A stretch of DNA of 64,000 bases from Cyanophyceae cyanobacterium (GCA_038321985.1 JBBQFN010000023.1:1-64000), one strand, 5' to 3'. Shown: positions 19,623-30,662, counted from the stretch's first letter. Notes: generated by a model not told the origin, from the letters alone. A program made the numbers and translations.

Positions 19623-20483
19623 TTATTCGTCAAACCAGCTTGCACGCCACGCAGCTTCTGCTTGGGCGATCGCTCGTTCCCGTTGTTTTTGATGATAGTC
19701 TCGTTTGAGTGAATTTAACCGCCCCGATAGGTTCCGAATTTGGCCTCGGGAAGCGCTGACTCGGGAATCGGCAAATTCAATATCAGTTAATCTTAAATGA
19801 ACGGCCATGATATGCACGGGTCCTTTGATCAGGGCAGCTAAACCCGGCATGGGGGGCAATTCTTCTGTCCCTTGAGCTTCTAGGGTCAGGGTAATAAGAT
19901 TGGGTGGACCTCCCATCGCCTCGCTATGGGGAAGTTTTTCAGTGGCTTCTAATAACATAGCCGGTACATTTTGGGAGCAAATTCCGGAGGATTGTAGGGC
20001 CTGGTTGGTTTCATGGGAGACTTGTTTCAACAGATCCACAATTCCCGATTCTATCCGATCTTGCCACTTGGCTAAGTTTTCCGGGTCGGCAATTTCTTCT
20101 AGGGGAGTGAGTTCCTCTTCAACTAAGGTAATGTCCTCAGCGGGGGTTCCCTCCTCGGAAAGACCTTCTACGATGAGCACAACGGGGGACTCTTCGGGTT
20201 TGGGGTCTTCCAAAAGGGCGATCGCCTCGGTTTGGGCTTCCTTGACAATAGACCTCAGCTTTTCTTGCAGTTGTTGTTTTTGGGTTAAAGTTAATTCCAG
20301 AAATTGCTCGGGATATCCTTGGGTACAAATATGATATCCTGCTAAGATTAATTGCTGGCGTATGGCTTGTCCCAAGGCAATCAAATAATGAGCGTAAGTC
20401 TTCTGAAATTGTCCCGCTAGGTTTTGCGCTGCCTGTTCTAGCTCTGCAATATCTTGGTCAATAATATCGAGGGGTCTTGCCAT
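19623..20483 (-). CDS. Conserved cyanobacterial hypothetical helical/coiled-coil protein upstream of recG
   Basis: 286-aa ORF co-oriented 17 bp from recG; YHICTQGYPEQFL and AEAAWRASW motifs. Confidence 0.75.
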   Translation of the reverse strand: MARPLDIIDQDIAELEQAAQNLAGQFQKTYAHYLIALGQAIRQQLILAGYHICTQGYPEQFLELTLTQKQQLQEKLRSIVKEAQTEAIALLEDPKPEESPVVLIVEGLSEEGTPAEDITLVEEELTPLEEIADPENLAKWQDRIESGIVDLLKQVSHETNQALQSSGICSQNVPAMLLEATEKLPHSEAMGGPPNLITLTLEAQGTEELPPMPGLAALIKGPVHIMAVHLRLTDIEFADSRVSASRGQIRNLSGRLNSLKRDYHQKQRERAIAQAEAAWRASWFDE

Positions 20484-20757
20484 AGCTTTTAATTTATATC
20501 GGATATCAATAAACGTTTTTTCTAAAAGATAGTGGCTATAAAAATATAAGACAAGTCATGCTATGGTTTGTCCTGTCACCCACATCTTGACATTAATAGT
20601 ATTTTTCCCCCTAGGCAGTCGGTACAGTATAAAAAAGATAAACCTAGTTTTTCTACCCAATCTCTACCTAAAAAGCAACTGAATTAAGGCCAAAAATCTA
20701 GTAACCGTCCTATTTGATTGGAGAATTGATGCTCTTAACTAGGGATGTAAAGCGATA

Positions 20758-20787
20758 TGTAGAGGCAGTACAAGAACTGCCTCTACA
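20758..20787 (-). terminator. Hairpin downstream of tsf
   Basis: tgtagaggcagt-N6-actgcctctaca perfect 12-bp stem. Confidence 0.65.
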
Positions 20788-20828
20788 AAGCCAGAAGTAG
20801 GGGATAGAGCCCCTACTCTGAATTCAAG

Positions 20829-21488
20829 TTATTTTCTACCCAATTGGGCAGCTACTTCGTCGGCAAAGTTGGTTTCTTCTTTTTCAATCCCTTCACCCAA
20901 TACAAAGCGGGTAAAGCGACGCACGCGAATGTTTTCACCTAATTGAGAAATCACTTGCTTGATCAACTCGGCAACAGTGATGTTCTGATCCCGAATGTAG
21001 GGCTGATCCAGGAGAGTGAGTTCTTTCAGACGTTTATCGATCCGTCCTTGGACGATTTTTTCTTTGATGTTATCCGGCTTGTTGCCTAAATCGTCCCGTC
21101 CCATTTCGATGGACTTTTCGTTTTCTGCAATCTGGGCGGGAATGTCTTCTAAGCTGACGTATTCGACGTTGGGGCAGGCTGCAACTTGCATGGCAATATT
21201 GCGAACTAGAGCCTGGAATTCTTCACGCCGCGCTACGAAATCGGTTTCACAGTTTACTTCCACCAGGACGCCAATTCGACCTCCGGTGTGAATGTAGCTA
21301 TCCACCAGTCCCTCGGCTGCCACGCGCCCTGCTTTTTTCTCCGCAGAGGTGATCCCTTTTTGCCGTAGCCATTCTACGGCTTTATTCATGTCTCCATCGT
21401 TTTCAGTGAGCGCTTTTTTGCAGTCCATCATGCCTGCGCCGGTTTTTTCGCGCAGTTCTTTGACCACTTTTGCAGATATGTCCGCCAT
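20829..21488 (-). CDS. tsf: Elongation factor Ts
   Basis: [19 protein letters not shown] and [10 protein letters not shown] motifs. Confidence 0.98.
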   Translation of the reverse strand: MADISAKVVKELREKTGAGMMDCKKALTENDGDMNKAVEWLRQKGITSAEKKAGRVAAEGLVDSYIHTGGRIGVLVEVNCETDFVARREEFQALVRNIAMQVAACPNVEYVSLEDIPAQIAENEKSIEMGRDDLGNKPDNIKEKIVQGRIDKRLKELTLLDQPYIRDQNITVAELIKQVISQLGENIRVRRFTRFVLGEGIEKEETNFADEVAAQLGRK

Positions 21489-21614
21489 TTTCTCTTCGTT
21501 TTTATCGCTTTACAATGTCCCAGAATTCTGGGGTTTTGCCATCTGCCTTTAGCGTAAGAATAGACGATTGAAGTGTCGCCGGGGAACTTTAGTCTGGGCT
21601 GTTTCTGCGGCTTC

Positions 21615-21666
21615 TGGATCAAAAAAGTATGGCGGGTAAATTTACCGGGTCTACTTTCTTGATCCA
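21615..21666 (-). other. Intercistronic stem-loop between rpsB and tsf
   Basis: tggatcaaaaaagta...tactttcttgatcca inverted repeat. Confidence 0.55.
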
Positions 21667-21709
21667 AAAGCTGGTGCTTACTCAGTCCAGGGGTTCATGG
21701 CGATCGCTT

Positions 21710-22516
21710 TTATTTATCGTCGCTTTCTTCTTCGCCATCGGGTTGATAGGCTTCTTCCCCTTCTTCGTCATACTCGTACTCGCCCTCTACGCCGTCGTAG
21801 TCGTATTCTTCGTCTTGACCACTAGAATCGACTTCTCCATGACGGCCTTCGTAGATGGCATCGGCAAGTTTTCCGACGATTAATTTAATCGAGCGGATAG
21901 CATCATCGTTACCTGGAATGGGAATATCTGTAAAATCGGGGTCGCAGTTGGTATCCAACAAGGACACGATTGGAATATCCAGTTTTTGACATTCCTGCAC
22001 GGCGTTATATTCTCGGCGCTGATCCACGATCACTACGATGTCGGGGATCTTTCTCATGTTTTTGATGCCGCCGAGGTATTTTTGCAGCTTGCTGAGTTCT
22101 CGCCGCAACATGGAGGCTTCTTTTTTCGGACGCCGATCCATTGCGCCGGTGTCTTCCATGCGTTCTAATTCTTTGAGGCGATCGGCGCGGGTCTTGATCG
22201 TCGTCCAGTTAGTCAGCATTCCGCCCAACCATCGTTGGTTGACGTAGTAAGCCCCACAGCGGGAGGCTTCTTGAGCAATGATTCCTGCCGCTTGGCGCTT
22301 GGTTCCTACGAATAAGACTTTTTCCCCACGCTCAGATGCCAATCGCATATAGTCGTAGGCCTCTTCCATTAACTGTGCGGTCTGCACTAGGTCAATGATA
22401 TGGACGCCGTTACGCTCGGTAAAAATATACGGCGACATTTTGGGGTTCCATCGTCGGGTCTGATGCCCAAAGTGAACCCCTGACTCTAACAGTTGAGCCA
22501 GCGAAACTACTCCCAT
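21710..22516 (-). CDS. rpsB: 30S ribosomal protein S2
   Basis: [24 protein letters not shown] and [11 protein letters not shown] motifs. Confidence 0.98.
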   Translation of the reverse strand: MGVVSLAQLLESGVHFGHQTRRWNPKMSPYIFTERNGVHIIDLVQTAQLMEEAYDYMRLASERGEKVLFVGTKRQAAGIIAQEASRCGAYYVNQRWLGGMLTNWTTIKTRADRLKELERMEDTGAMDRRPKKEASMLRRELSKLQKYLGGIKNMRKIPDIVVIVDQRREYNAVQECQKLDIPIVSLLDTNCDPDFTDIPIPGNDDAIRSIKLIVGKLADAIYEGRHGEVDSSGQDEEYDYDGVEGEYEYDEEGEEAYQPDGEEESDDK

Positions 22517-22529
22517 TTTTTTCTCCTGA

Positions 22530-22612
22530 TTCGGGTTAATCCTCCATCCGAGCGGATTTCTAGGTCGCGATCGCGCCTTGGAAACACCCGAAACCCCGGA
22601 TGTGCGAGATTA
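22530..22612 (-). ncRNA. rpsB 5' leader, t44/S2-binding-type cis-regulatory RNA
   Basis: The minus strand reads CGCACATCCGGGGTTTCGGGTGTTTCC...GAAATCCGCTCGGATGGAGGATTAACCC. This has the GGGUG/AACCC pseudoknot and GGAGG pattern of t44. An extended -10 TGtTATTCT lies at about 22625-22633. Confidence 0.75.
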
Positions 22613-23332
22613 GACAACTTTACTAGAATAACACGACTGCATTACTTCTAACGCTTTTATTTTTACCCTTCTGCTGAGTCTGGGTCTCGGACCTATCCCT
22701 CATCCTCCGGTCTGCTCCAGGGTTTGACCGCTTGGAGGCCCCCACTCAGTCCGGAGTTCCCTCGGTTGGTCTCCTTCTGTTGGTCACCGTAGAATCTATT
22801 CGTTCTGTTGCCCATCCTGGATTTTCTCGGCTTCTCTATCTATAGAGGTAGTAAATGAATACTTTTTTGAGACACACCTACCTAAAGATTGATTTAATTT
22901 TAAGTCTTCTCTTTCTTTAGAAAGATTATTAAAAAGTTTCTTCAAGACTTAGGGGGAAGCCTGTTAATAATTTGCGGGTTAGACTCCTAGTCAATTCACA
23001 GGCTCTTTACCTAAATTTTACAGTTTATTCCGTAATTACACGCACCTCAATCCCTTTTACTGCCTTGATTCTGAAGAACAATAAGTAGAAAAACTTATTA
23101 AAAAAATGATATTGCTTTAGTAAAGTTCAGTAAAAACACTGGGCAGATGAATTGGTAAATTTTAAAATGTTCAAATATGATGCAATTTGGTCATTCAATC
23201 CAGTCTGTTGCTGTCTTTTCTTTGAGAGGGGGATGCAGGAAATAATCCCTCCTTGAAAGAGTTGTTTTTAAATAATTTTGTTTGCTGCTTCTTTAAGACC
23301 TAACACCGATTTCCAAATTTAGGGAGAAAATC

Positions 23333-23929
23333 ATGAATGCAACTCTTTTAACCCGTTCCACGTTGGCTATCACTGGCGCAGTCTTCAGTTTAGGTGCGAT
23401 CGCCATTCATCCCGCTTCTGCCGCACGCATTACTTATGATTTCTTTATCTCTGTTCGCGACCTATCTGCTCCCCTAACCGGACGGTTTAGCTATGATGAA
23501 GCCACTGAAGTGAATACCTTCTATGACTTTGGTGACTACGGTTTCCCGCCGTGGGGGGTGTGGACTTATGAAGTGAAACAATACGAGGTCGATTTCATAG
23601 AATTCTCCTTCCTCGATCAAGTTTATACCCAAGCGGATGCCCTATCACCGATTTCATTTAGTATGCACTATGCAGATACTCAGGAAATTGGAGAAGTTTT
23701 ATCTTGGGAAACAGAGGACTTTAGGTTTACGGGCGGAGGTTATAGAATGGAAGCGGTTTGGACCGGATTTCAGGGCAAAAAAACCAATCTCTATGATTCT
23801 TGGTCTGTTGATTTTTCCCGAGTCCAAGAAGAACCGACATCCGTTCCAGAACCCAGCATCCTCGGTGCATTCTCAGTTGTAGGTATTGCTGGACTTTTGT
23901 GGAAAAAGCGGGTGAAGGCAGTAGAATAA
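23333..23929 (+). CDS. PEP-CTERM sorting-domain surface protein
   Basis: Signal peptide ending PASA; C-terminal VPEP, hydrophobic helix and KKRVK; GGGAG RBS. Confidence 0.9.
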   Translation: MNATLLTRSTLAITGAVFSLGAIAIHPASAARITYDFFISVRDLSAPLTGRFSYDEATEVNTFYDFGDYGFPPWGVWTYEVKQYEVDFIEFSFLDQVYTQADALSPISFSMHYADTQEIGEVLSWETEDFRFTGGGYRMEAVWTGFQGKKTNLYDSWSVDFSRVQEEPTSVPEPSILGAFSVVGIAGLLWKKRVKAVE

Positions 23930-23966
23930 TTTGGAAAACTAGGAGAGCCGATCGCCTCTTCACTCC

Positions 23967-24905
23967 TTACTTTTTTCCCTCTCCATTTGCTGCTGCATAA
24001 ACGGCTTGAACATTGTACCAGTTTAAGAAAATTCGGGCCACTTCTAAGGCAATCTGGGATTTTCCTTGGTCTATCAACCATTGTAAAAATCCGGCCATTG
24101 TCCGTTCGTTTAAGCTCCCTCCCAGGGACAGAATACCCCATAAAATTCGATGCAATACCGTCATTTGAATCATCATCCGTACTTCCCAAGTGGGATGTTT
24201 TTTGTAAAAGACCACTCCCATTTTTCCTCGTTCAATTTCTCGGTTAATAGCCCCAGGTAAATCATCCAAGGTAAAGGGGGGATGCCAATGATATCCGGCT
24301 GCTTGGGGACATTTTATCAATTTTAAGCCTAATTTTTTCAGGCGAACTCCCAGTTCTAAGTCTTCCCACCCATACAGGGAAAAGGAAGGGTCAAATCCTC
24401 CCGCTTGTAGTAACCATTTTCGGGCGATCGCCACGTTCCCTGTTGCAAAATAAGCGGCGGAAAAATCAGTGATTTTATAAGGTTCTGCGGTGGGATTATC
24501 AAAATTGCAGGTATTAATTACATGACCATAGGTAAATAGGCGATCGCTTCCTATTTTCTCCTCTCCCTCCCTTAAACCCTCGGCATGAGCTTGGATGAAA
24601 TTTTCAGTTACTACTAAATCACTATCAATAAAAATAATTATCTCCCCTCGGGCTGCTTCTATTCCCCGGTTTCTCGCTGTCGCCGGTCCTTGATGAGCTT
24701 GTTCCAGCCACCGCACATGGGAAAAGTCTTGCCGATTTTCGGCTAACCATTCTAAGGTTCCATCGGTTGAACCATCATCGATGACGATGACTTCATAGCC
24801 GCTAATTTGACAGTCTGCTTTAAACTTTTGCCCTTCTACTGCTCGCAAGCATTTCTCTAAAATCGGTCGGCGATTATAGGTTGGAATAATGATGCTAAAA
24901 AACAC
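23967..24905 (-). CDS. Glycosyltransferase family 2
   Basis: SIIIPTYNR, IDDGSTDGT, FIDSD and YGWEDLELG motifs. Confidence 0.9.
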   Translation of the reverse strand: MFFSIIIPTYNRRPILEKCLRAVEGQKFKADCQISGYEVIVIDDGSTDGTLEWLAENRQDFSHVRWLEQAHQGPATARNRGIEAARGEIIIFIDSDLVVTENFIQAHAEGLREGEEKIGSDRLFTYGHVINTCNFDNPTAEPYKITDFSAAYFATGNVAIARKWLLQAGGFDPSFSLYGWEDLELGVRLKKLGLKLIKCPQAAGYHWHPPFTLDDLPGAINREIERGKMGVVFYKKHPTWEVRMMIQMTVLHRILWGILSLGGSLNERTMAGFLQWLIDQGKSQIALEVARIFLNWYNVQAVYAAANGEGKK

Positions 24906-25453
24906 GGTTTCCCCTCAAACAACAAATCTAGACTCTCGCGATCGCTGCTATGCGCCAATCTCCTCTATTTTAGAGGGTTGTCTCTTCCCGGGAAAAGAGT
25001 TGTCTCATATCATAGGGCGGCGGATTTGTCAAGGGGGGGGATTTAAGCTGGTGGAAAAACTTGTGCAAGAAGGGTGATGGTAGGGAGTGGAATTTTGGGG
25101 CTTGCCGGGGATTGGATAACGATTTTTCTAGGGTTTTGGCTGCTGCAAGCGGTGTCTTCCTGAAATTAGACACAGTAACCCCTTGGTTTCCTCCCTAATT
25201 ATAGCCTACAAACCTTGTCAATGCGTGGATGGATTTTGGCAATTTTTAGAGGAATTTAGGAATTTGAATTTGAAGATTTAATTGAATTTAGAGAGTTATT
25301 AAGGTTTAGCTAATGAATCGAGTCATCTTGCCGGGGTTTTAGGTTGCCAACTTGAAATAAAAGATTGTATGTTAACAACAATACAAAGAGTAGGGATATT
25401 TACTTTCTAAGAAAGAAAGAAACGGCTGAAGTCGTTAATAAAAGATTTATACC

Positions 25454-26083
25454 TCATTCGATGCCATTGTGATGGAGGAGACTGAGGAACCCAAAACCCG
25501 AGAGGGCGGAGATCGCCAGCCAGGTGAAGGCTAAACCGATGACTTCGCCAAAAAATAGGCCGGTGATAGAGCGGAGGATGCCGCCAACTGCCCATCCAGA
25601 GGGTAAGGCAACTGCCCAACTGAGGGAGGAGATAGGTATCCACCAGGCGGCGTTAGAGAAGTAGCGATTGAGGACAAACCATTGCCCTAAGCCTAGGACA
25701 GTGCCGACGATTGCGCCATCGATCAAGCCATAGAGCAGGCGGATAGTCAGGAGTTCGGTGCGAGGTGCGATCCAACCCAGAGCACCGAGACTGCTACTGC
25801 CAATGAGTACCCAAGCGGTGATGGTGGCAATGATCCACCAGGTAATCTGGTAGAGTCTTCGTCGCAGGACTAGCCATTGGGCGATCGCAATGACACTGCT
25901 CCCGACTGCGCCAGAGATAGCCCCCAGGTGAGGTCTGACGCCGATTTCTACAAACAGTAAACTGACTAGAAAACCCAGCCCTGTAGCCAACACCCACTGA
26001 AACCAAAAACTCCATCCAAAGAGGATAGAACTTTTAGGATTAGGAACATTAAGTTGTTGGGGGACCGGGAGATTGGACGACAT
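25454..26083 (-). CDS. Hypothetical integral membrane protein with repeated QW(L/F)VL-containing TM hairpins
   Basis: Multiple hydrophobic segments. Start reassigned to MSSNLPV at 26083 to avoid overlap with the GHL10 gene. Confidence 0.75.
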   Translation of the reverse strand: MSSNLPVPQQLNVPNPKSSILFGWSFWFQWVLATGLGFLVSLLFVEIGVRPHLGAISGAVGSSVIAIAQWLVLRRRLYQITWWIIATITAWVLIGSSSLGALGWIAPRTELLTIRLLYGLIDGAIVGTVLGLGQWFVLNRYFSNAAWWIPISSLSWAVALPSGWAVGGILRSITGLFFGEVIGLAFTWLAISALSGFGFLSLLHHNGIE

Positions 26084-26102
26084 GAATTGAGACCTGGAAA
26101 GC

Positions 26103-27356
26103 CTAGGGGGTGGGTTGAGAAAATAGGTCTCGGAATGCCTTTCGACGTTCTGGGGGTGACTCTGGGGTGAGATAACTCCATAGGGTTTCCCAATAGAAAA
26201 AGGATACCCCATCTAAGCCGCGATCGCGCACAACTTGGACCTGTTCCTGGATTTGTTTCATAGGGACAGACCGTCCCAATGTGCCGGTGAGGATGCCAAT
26301 GCCAACGGGAATTTTCTGTTTCGCTGCCTGGATTGCCGGTTGTGTTAATTCGGTTTGAAATGCGTTTAAATCATTGCGATAGACCTGCACTAGCAGTTCA
26401 TCTACCCAACCGCGTTTTACCCAGGTTTCCCAATCTTGGAGATATTTGCGATAGGCAAAGTCTTGGGAGTTGGGAGAAAGGGAGACAATGCAATCGGGAT
26501 TGACGGATTTAATTGCTTGATACAGGGTTTCCATAAAGGTCGAAATTTTATCTGCACGCCAGCGCATCCAGTCAGCATCAAAGGGATTATCCGGTGGGGA
26601 TGAACCTTGATGTTCTTGGCGATAAAGGTTGAGGGTAAAGCTATCATAACCGGATTCTACGGGCATTCCAAAATGGTCATCCAGTTGAATGCCATCGATA
26701 GGGTATTGGGTGACTAATTCTACAATTAGGTCAAGGATGAAGTCTTGGACATCAGGATGTAAGGGGTTTAGCCAAACATTTTGGGGAACTAGAAATTGTT
26801 GCCAGTTTTGCTTAGGAGGTGGTGGGTTGGGAATAGTAGTGGGATTGAGTTCATCGGGGATTTCGGTTTGAGTTTTTTGACCTTGTTGGGTTTCACTTAA
26901 CCATTGTGGGTGTAATTTAGCTAAGTTAGAGGTGCGGGGGGTCATGAATCCATATTCAAACCAGGGAATGACTCGAATGTTATGGCGATCGCCTAATTTA
27001 AGAATTTGGTCCAGCAGATCTGCGCCTAAATGAAAAAGGCTTAACATTGGTGCTTGAGACCTTCCTGTTTCTCGTTTAGCAACTGTACTTTGATAAAAGG
27101 TATTTCCTCGGTTCCATACCACTGGGTAAAGGGTATTAAAATTTTGTTTGGCAAGTTGATGCATGGCTAGATGTACTCCCCAGGGGGTAAACAGTACCCC
27201 GCTGGCAACATTTGTTAACCACACGCCTCTAATTTCCATAGAGGCGGGAGTTTCCGGTTTGGTTGCTTCTAAGGATAAGGAAGGAAATAGGAACCAGGCA
27301 ATTGCTACGCCTAAAATTATTCCGTATGCCCACCGGATCCAGTTTTTTTCACTCAT
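26103..27356 (-). CDS. Glycosyl hydrolase-like 10 (DUF187/GHL10) protein, exported
   Basis: EIRGVWLT, YPVVWNRG, PWFEYGF, WLNPLHP, GIQLDDHF and LQDW motifs; N-terminal TM/signal. Start taken at MSEKNW. Confidence 0.88.
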   Translation of the reverse strand: MSEKNWIRWAYGIILGVAIAWFLFPSLSLEATKPETPASMEIRGVWLTNVASGVLFTPWGVHLAMHQLAKQNFNTLYPVVWNRGNTFYQSTVAKRETGRSQAPMLSLFHLGADLLDQILKLGDRHNIRVIPWFEYGFMTPRTSNLAKLHPQWLSETQQGQKTQTEIPDELNPTTIPNPPPPKQNWQQFLVPQNVWLNPLHPDVQDFILDLIVELVTQYPIDGIQLDDHFGMPVESGYDSFTLNLYRQEHQGSSPPDNPFDADWMRWRADKISTFMETLYQAIKSVNPDCIVSLSPNSQDFAYRKYLQDWETWVKRGWVDELLVQVYRNDLNAFQTELTQPAIQAAKQKIPVGIGILTGTLGRSVPMKQIQEQVQVVRDRGLDGVSFFYWETLWSYLTPESPPERRKAFRDLFSQPTP

Positions 27357-27488
27357 CAATCTCAACGATACTCGATTAAAAATTAGCCCCGGGTTAATTT
27401 TATCATCATCCTATAACAATTTTAAAAATTTTAAATTAGGTCGAATTAAAGACGAGATTGGGGTTTATTATTTCCGCAACCCAGAGGC

Positions 27489-28751
27489 TTAAATTTGAAG
27501 GTTGTCTTTTTTATGGGTTTGCGATCGCACGGGTACAGGTGAAATAGCCGGTTCTGAAAATAAGGCTTGAAAACTATTACGCCGCTGTTCAGGAGATTCG
27601 GATGCCACCTTTCCCCACAAACTTTCCCAGTAGAAAAAGGCGAATCCCGCAAATCCGCGATCGCGGGCAAACTTAACCCGATCTTCTATCTCAGTAAAGG
27701 CAATTGGACGTTTCATAGTGCCACTTAAAATACCCACTCCTACCCGAGTCAGATTGCGGGCATACCAAACCGTTGAAATATCTAGTTCTGCCTCAAATCG
27801 ACTTAACTCCGAATGATACACCTGTAAAAACAACTCATCAATCCATCCCGCTTCCACCCAGGTTAACCAATCTTGGAGATAGTGACCATAAGCAAAACTT
27901 TGAGAATTGGCAGCGAGGGAAATTGCACAATCGGGATTGACAAATTGGACCGTTTGGTAGATGCGTTCCATAAAATCATTAATCTTGTTCGCCCGCCAGC
28001 GTACCCACTCAGCATTATAGGGATTACTAGGGGGAGAATTTCCCCAATGTTCGGCTTGATAGAGGGCGATGGTGTAAGGGTCATATCCCAACTCAACCGG
28101 CAGGCCAAAATTATCATCAAATTGAATCGCATCAATGGGATAATTAGCTACTACTTCCACAATTAACCGCAGGAGAAAATTCTGCACTTCCGGATGCAAG
28201 GGATTTAACCAAACCTGCTGAATCGTTAAGGGATTTTCCGTAAAAATTGGCGCTAATTCTTCCTCCCGCAGGTTTTGGCTATTATCGGGATGTCGGGTTA
28301 CCCAATCCGGGTGACGCTTCACTAATTCGGAGTTTGCCGGTGCCATAAACCCATATTCAAACCAGGGAACCACCCGCAATCCCAAAGACTGCCCATCGGC
28401 AATAATTTCCCCGAGGACGTCGGTTTTGCCCCGCATTAGGGAAAGTAACCCGTCCTGCGATCGCCCAGTCACCTGCTTTGAGGCTATACTCGGATAAAAA
28501 GTCTGTCCCCGATTCCAAACCACGGGATAAACTGTATTAAAATTAAGATCCGAGAGTTCCTGCAAGGCGTGATGAACCGCCCCAGGCACAAACAAGACAT
28601 CACTCCCCACATTGGTCAGCCAGACCCCGCGAATTTCTTCCCGGGCTGGAGTTTCGGGTTTAGCACTATTTGGGATAAAACCCATCGCCCAGGCAACTGC
28701 CAACAGTAAACCCAAGGCGACATTCAAGCATCGGCGAACTTTCCGGTTCAT
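27489..28751 (-). CDS. Glycosyl hydrolase-like 10 (DUF187/GHL10) protein, tandem paralogue
   Basis: Same motif series as the neighbouring gene, with AIQFDDNF; signal peptide. Confidence 0.88.
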   Translation of the reverse strand: MNRKVRRCLNVALGLLLAVAWAMGFIPNSAKPETPAREEIRGVWLTNVGSDVLFVPGAVHHALQELSDLNFNTVYPVVWNRGQTFYPSIASKQVTGRSQDGLLSLMRGKTDVLGEIIADGQSLGLRVVPWFEYGFMAPANSELVKRHPDWVTRHPDNSQNLREEELAPIFTENPLTIQQVWLNPLHPEVQNFLLRLIVEVVANYPIDAIQFDDNFGLPVELGYDPYTIALYQAEHWGNSPPSNPYNAEWVRWRANKINDFMERIYQTVQFVNPDCAISLAANSQSFAYGHYLQDWLTWVEAGWIDELFLQVYHSELSRFEAELDISTVWYARNLTRVGVGILSGTMKRPIAFTEIEDRVKFARDRGFAGFAFFYWESLWGKVASESPEQRRNSFQALFSEPAISPVPVRSQTHKKDNLQI

Positions 28752-28970
28752 TTCGTGAACACACTTAACCGCTGATATGGACCTACCCTGTCAAACTTTA
28801 TGAAAACACCCATCTAAATCTGTGATCTCTAGTCGTTAATTTTTGTTAAGATTAACCCAACACAGCCAACACCGGACGGATAGTGCGGCCCCCAGATGCC
28901 CCGATCGCGTCTGATTTTTCCGGATCCGTCGCTGAACTTGCCTTTGTTCCATCTGCCTTGGAGATATTGG

Positions 28971-30662
28971 ATGCTACGACTCGAACATATTAGTAAAATT
29001 TACCCGACTGGCGAAGTTCTCAAAGATATTAACTGGGAAGTCAAACCGGGCGATCGCATTGGTTTAGTCGGCGTCAACGGGGCCGGAAAATCTACCCAAC
29101 TCAAAATCGTGGCTGGGGAAATCGAACCCACTGCCGGAGAAATTATCCGTCCGACAAATCTACACATCGCCTACCTCACCCAAGAATTCGAGGTAGACCC
29201 CACTTGCACCGTCCGGGAAGAATTTTGGACAGTATTTAAAGAAGCAAACCAAGTTCAGCATGACTTGTTGGACGTCCAACACGCCATGCAAACCGCTTCC
29301 GAGGCAGAACTCGACAAACTGATCAACAAACTCGATAAACTGCACCGCAAATTTGAAGCCTTAGATGGTTATACCCTAGAAGCGCAAATCGAGAAAATCC
29401 TGCCCGAAATGGGATTCGTCGCCGAAGATGGCGATCGCCTCGTCAGTGCCTTTAGTGGGGGCTGGCAGATGCGGATGAGCTTAGGCAAAATTTTGTTACA
29501 AAGTCCTGACTTATTGCTGCTGGATGAACCGACAAACCATCTAGACTTAGAAACCATCGAATGGTTAGAAACCTACCTCAAGGGATTAATCACCCCAATG
29601 GTCATCGTTTCCCATGACCGGGAATTCCTCGATCGCCTCTGCACCCAAATCGTCGAAACCGAACGGGGCGTCTCCAACACCTATCTCGGCAACTATTCCT
29701 CTTACTTAGAGCAAAAAGCCTTCAATCGCGACGCCCAACTGAGTGCCTACGAACGCCAACAGAAAGAACTAGAAAAACAACAAGTCTTTGTTGAGCGGTT
29801 CCGTGCCAGTGCCACCCGCAGTACCCAAGCCAAAAGCCGAGAAAAACAACTCGACAAAATTGAACGTATAGAAGCCCCCGAAGGCACCTTAAAAACCCTT
29901 CGGTTCCAATTTCCCCCAGCCCCCCGCAGTGGACGAGAAGTCGTAGATATCAAAAACTTAGTCCATACTTACGACGACAAAATCCTGTTTTTAGGCACCG
30001 ATTTGTTTGTCGAACGAGGCGATCGCATTGCCTTTTTAGGACCCAACGGTTCAGGCAAATCCACCCTGCTGCGCATGATCATGGGCATGGAAACAGCCAA
30101 AGAAGGCAGCATCCAACTCGGACAACATAACGTCATTCCCGGCTATTTTGAACAAAATCAAGCCGAAGCCTTAGAACTCACTAAAAGCGTCATGGATACC
30201 ATTCATGACGAAGTACCCGAGTGGAAAAACGAAGAAGTTCGCACCTTACTGGGACGATTTCTCTTCAGTGGAGACACCGTATTCAAACCCGTAGAAGCCC
30301 TCAGTGGCGGAGAAAAAGCCCGTTTAGCCCTAGCTAAAATGCTCTTGCGTCCCGCCAACCTCCTCCTCCTAGACGAACCTACAAACCATCTAGACATCCC
30401 CGCCAAAGAGATGCTAGAAGAAGCCCTGCAAAACTACGATGGCACGGTTATTATTGTCTCCCACGACCGTTATTTTATCTCCAAAGTCGCCAATAAAATA
30501 GTCGAAATCCGCGACGGCGAATTCCGACCCTACCTCGGAGACTATCACTACTACCTCGATAAAATAGCCGAAGAAAAAGAACAAGAACGCCAATCCAAAA
30601 TAGCCTCCGAGAAAGCCACCAAAAAAGCCGCAAAACAATCTAAAGCTGCTGCTAAAAAATAG
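28971..30662 (+). CDS. ABC-F family ATPase
   Basis: Two ABC cassettes (GVNGAGKST/FSGGWQMR/LDEPTNHLD and GPNGSGKST/LSGGEKAR/LDEPTNHLD), no TM segments; start MLRLEHI. Confidence 0.95.
   Translation: MLRLEHISKIYPTGEVLKDINWEVKPGDRIGLVGVNGAGKSTQLKIVAGEIEPTAGEIIRPTNLHIAYLTQEFEVDPTCTVREEFWTVFKEANQVQHDLLDVQHAMQTASEAELDKLINKLDKLHRKFEALDGYTLEAQIEKILPEMGFVAEDGDRLVSAFSGGWQMRMSLGKILLQSPDLLLLDEPTNHLDLETIEWLETYLKGLITPMVIVSHDREFLDRLCTQIVETERGVSNTYLGNYSSYLEQKAFNRDAQLSAYERQQKELEKQQVFVERFRASATRSTQAKSREKQLDKIERIEAPEGTLKTLRFQFPPAPRSGREVVDIKNLVHTYDDKILFLGTDLFVERGDRIAFLGPNGSGKSTLLRMIMGMETAKEGSIQLGQHNVIPGYFEQNQAEALELTKSVMDTIHDEVPEWKNEEVRTLLGRFLFSGDTVFKPVEALSGGEKARLALAKMLLRPANLLLLDEPTNHLDIPAKEMLEEALQNYDGTVIIVSHDRYFISKVANKIVEIRDGEFRPYLGDYHYYLDKIAEEKEQERQSKIASEKATKKAAKQSKAAAKK

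Noticed and set aside
21710..21840. Acidic low-complexity tail of S2
   Set aside because: A common feature of cyanobacterial RpsB.
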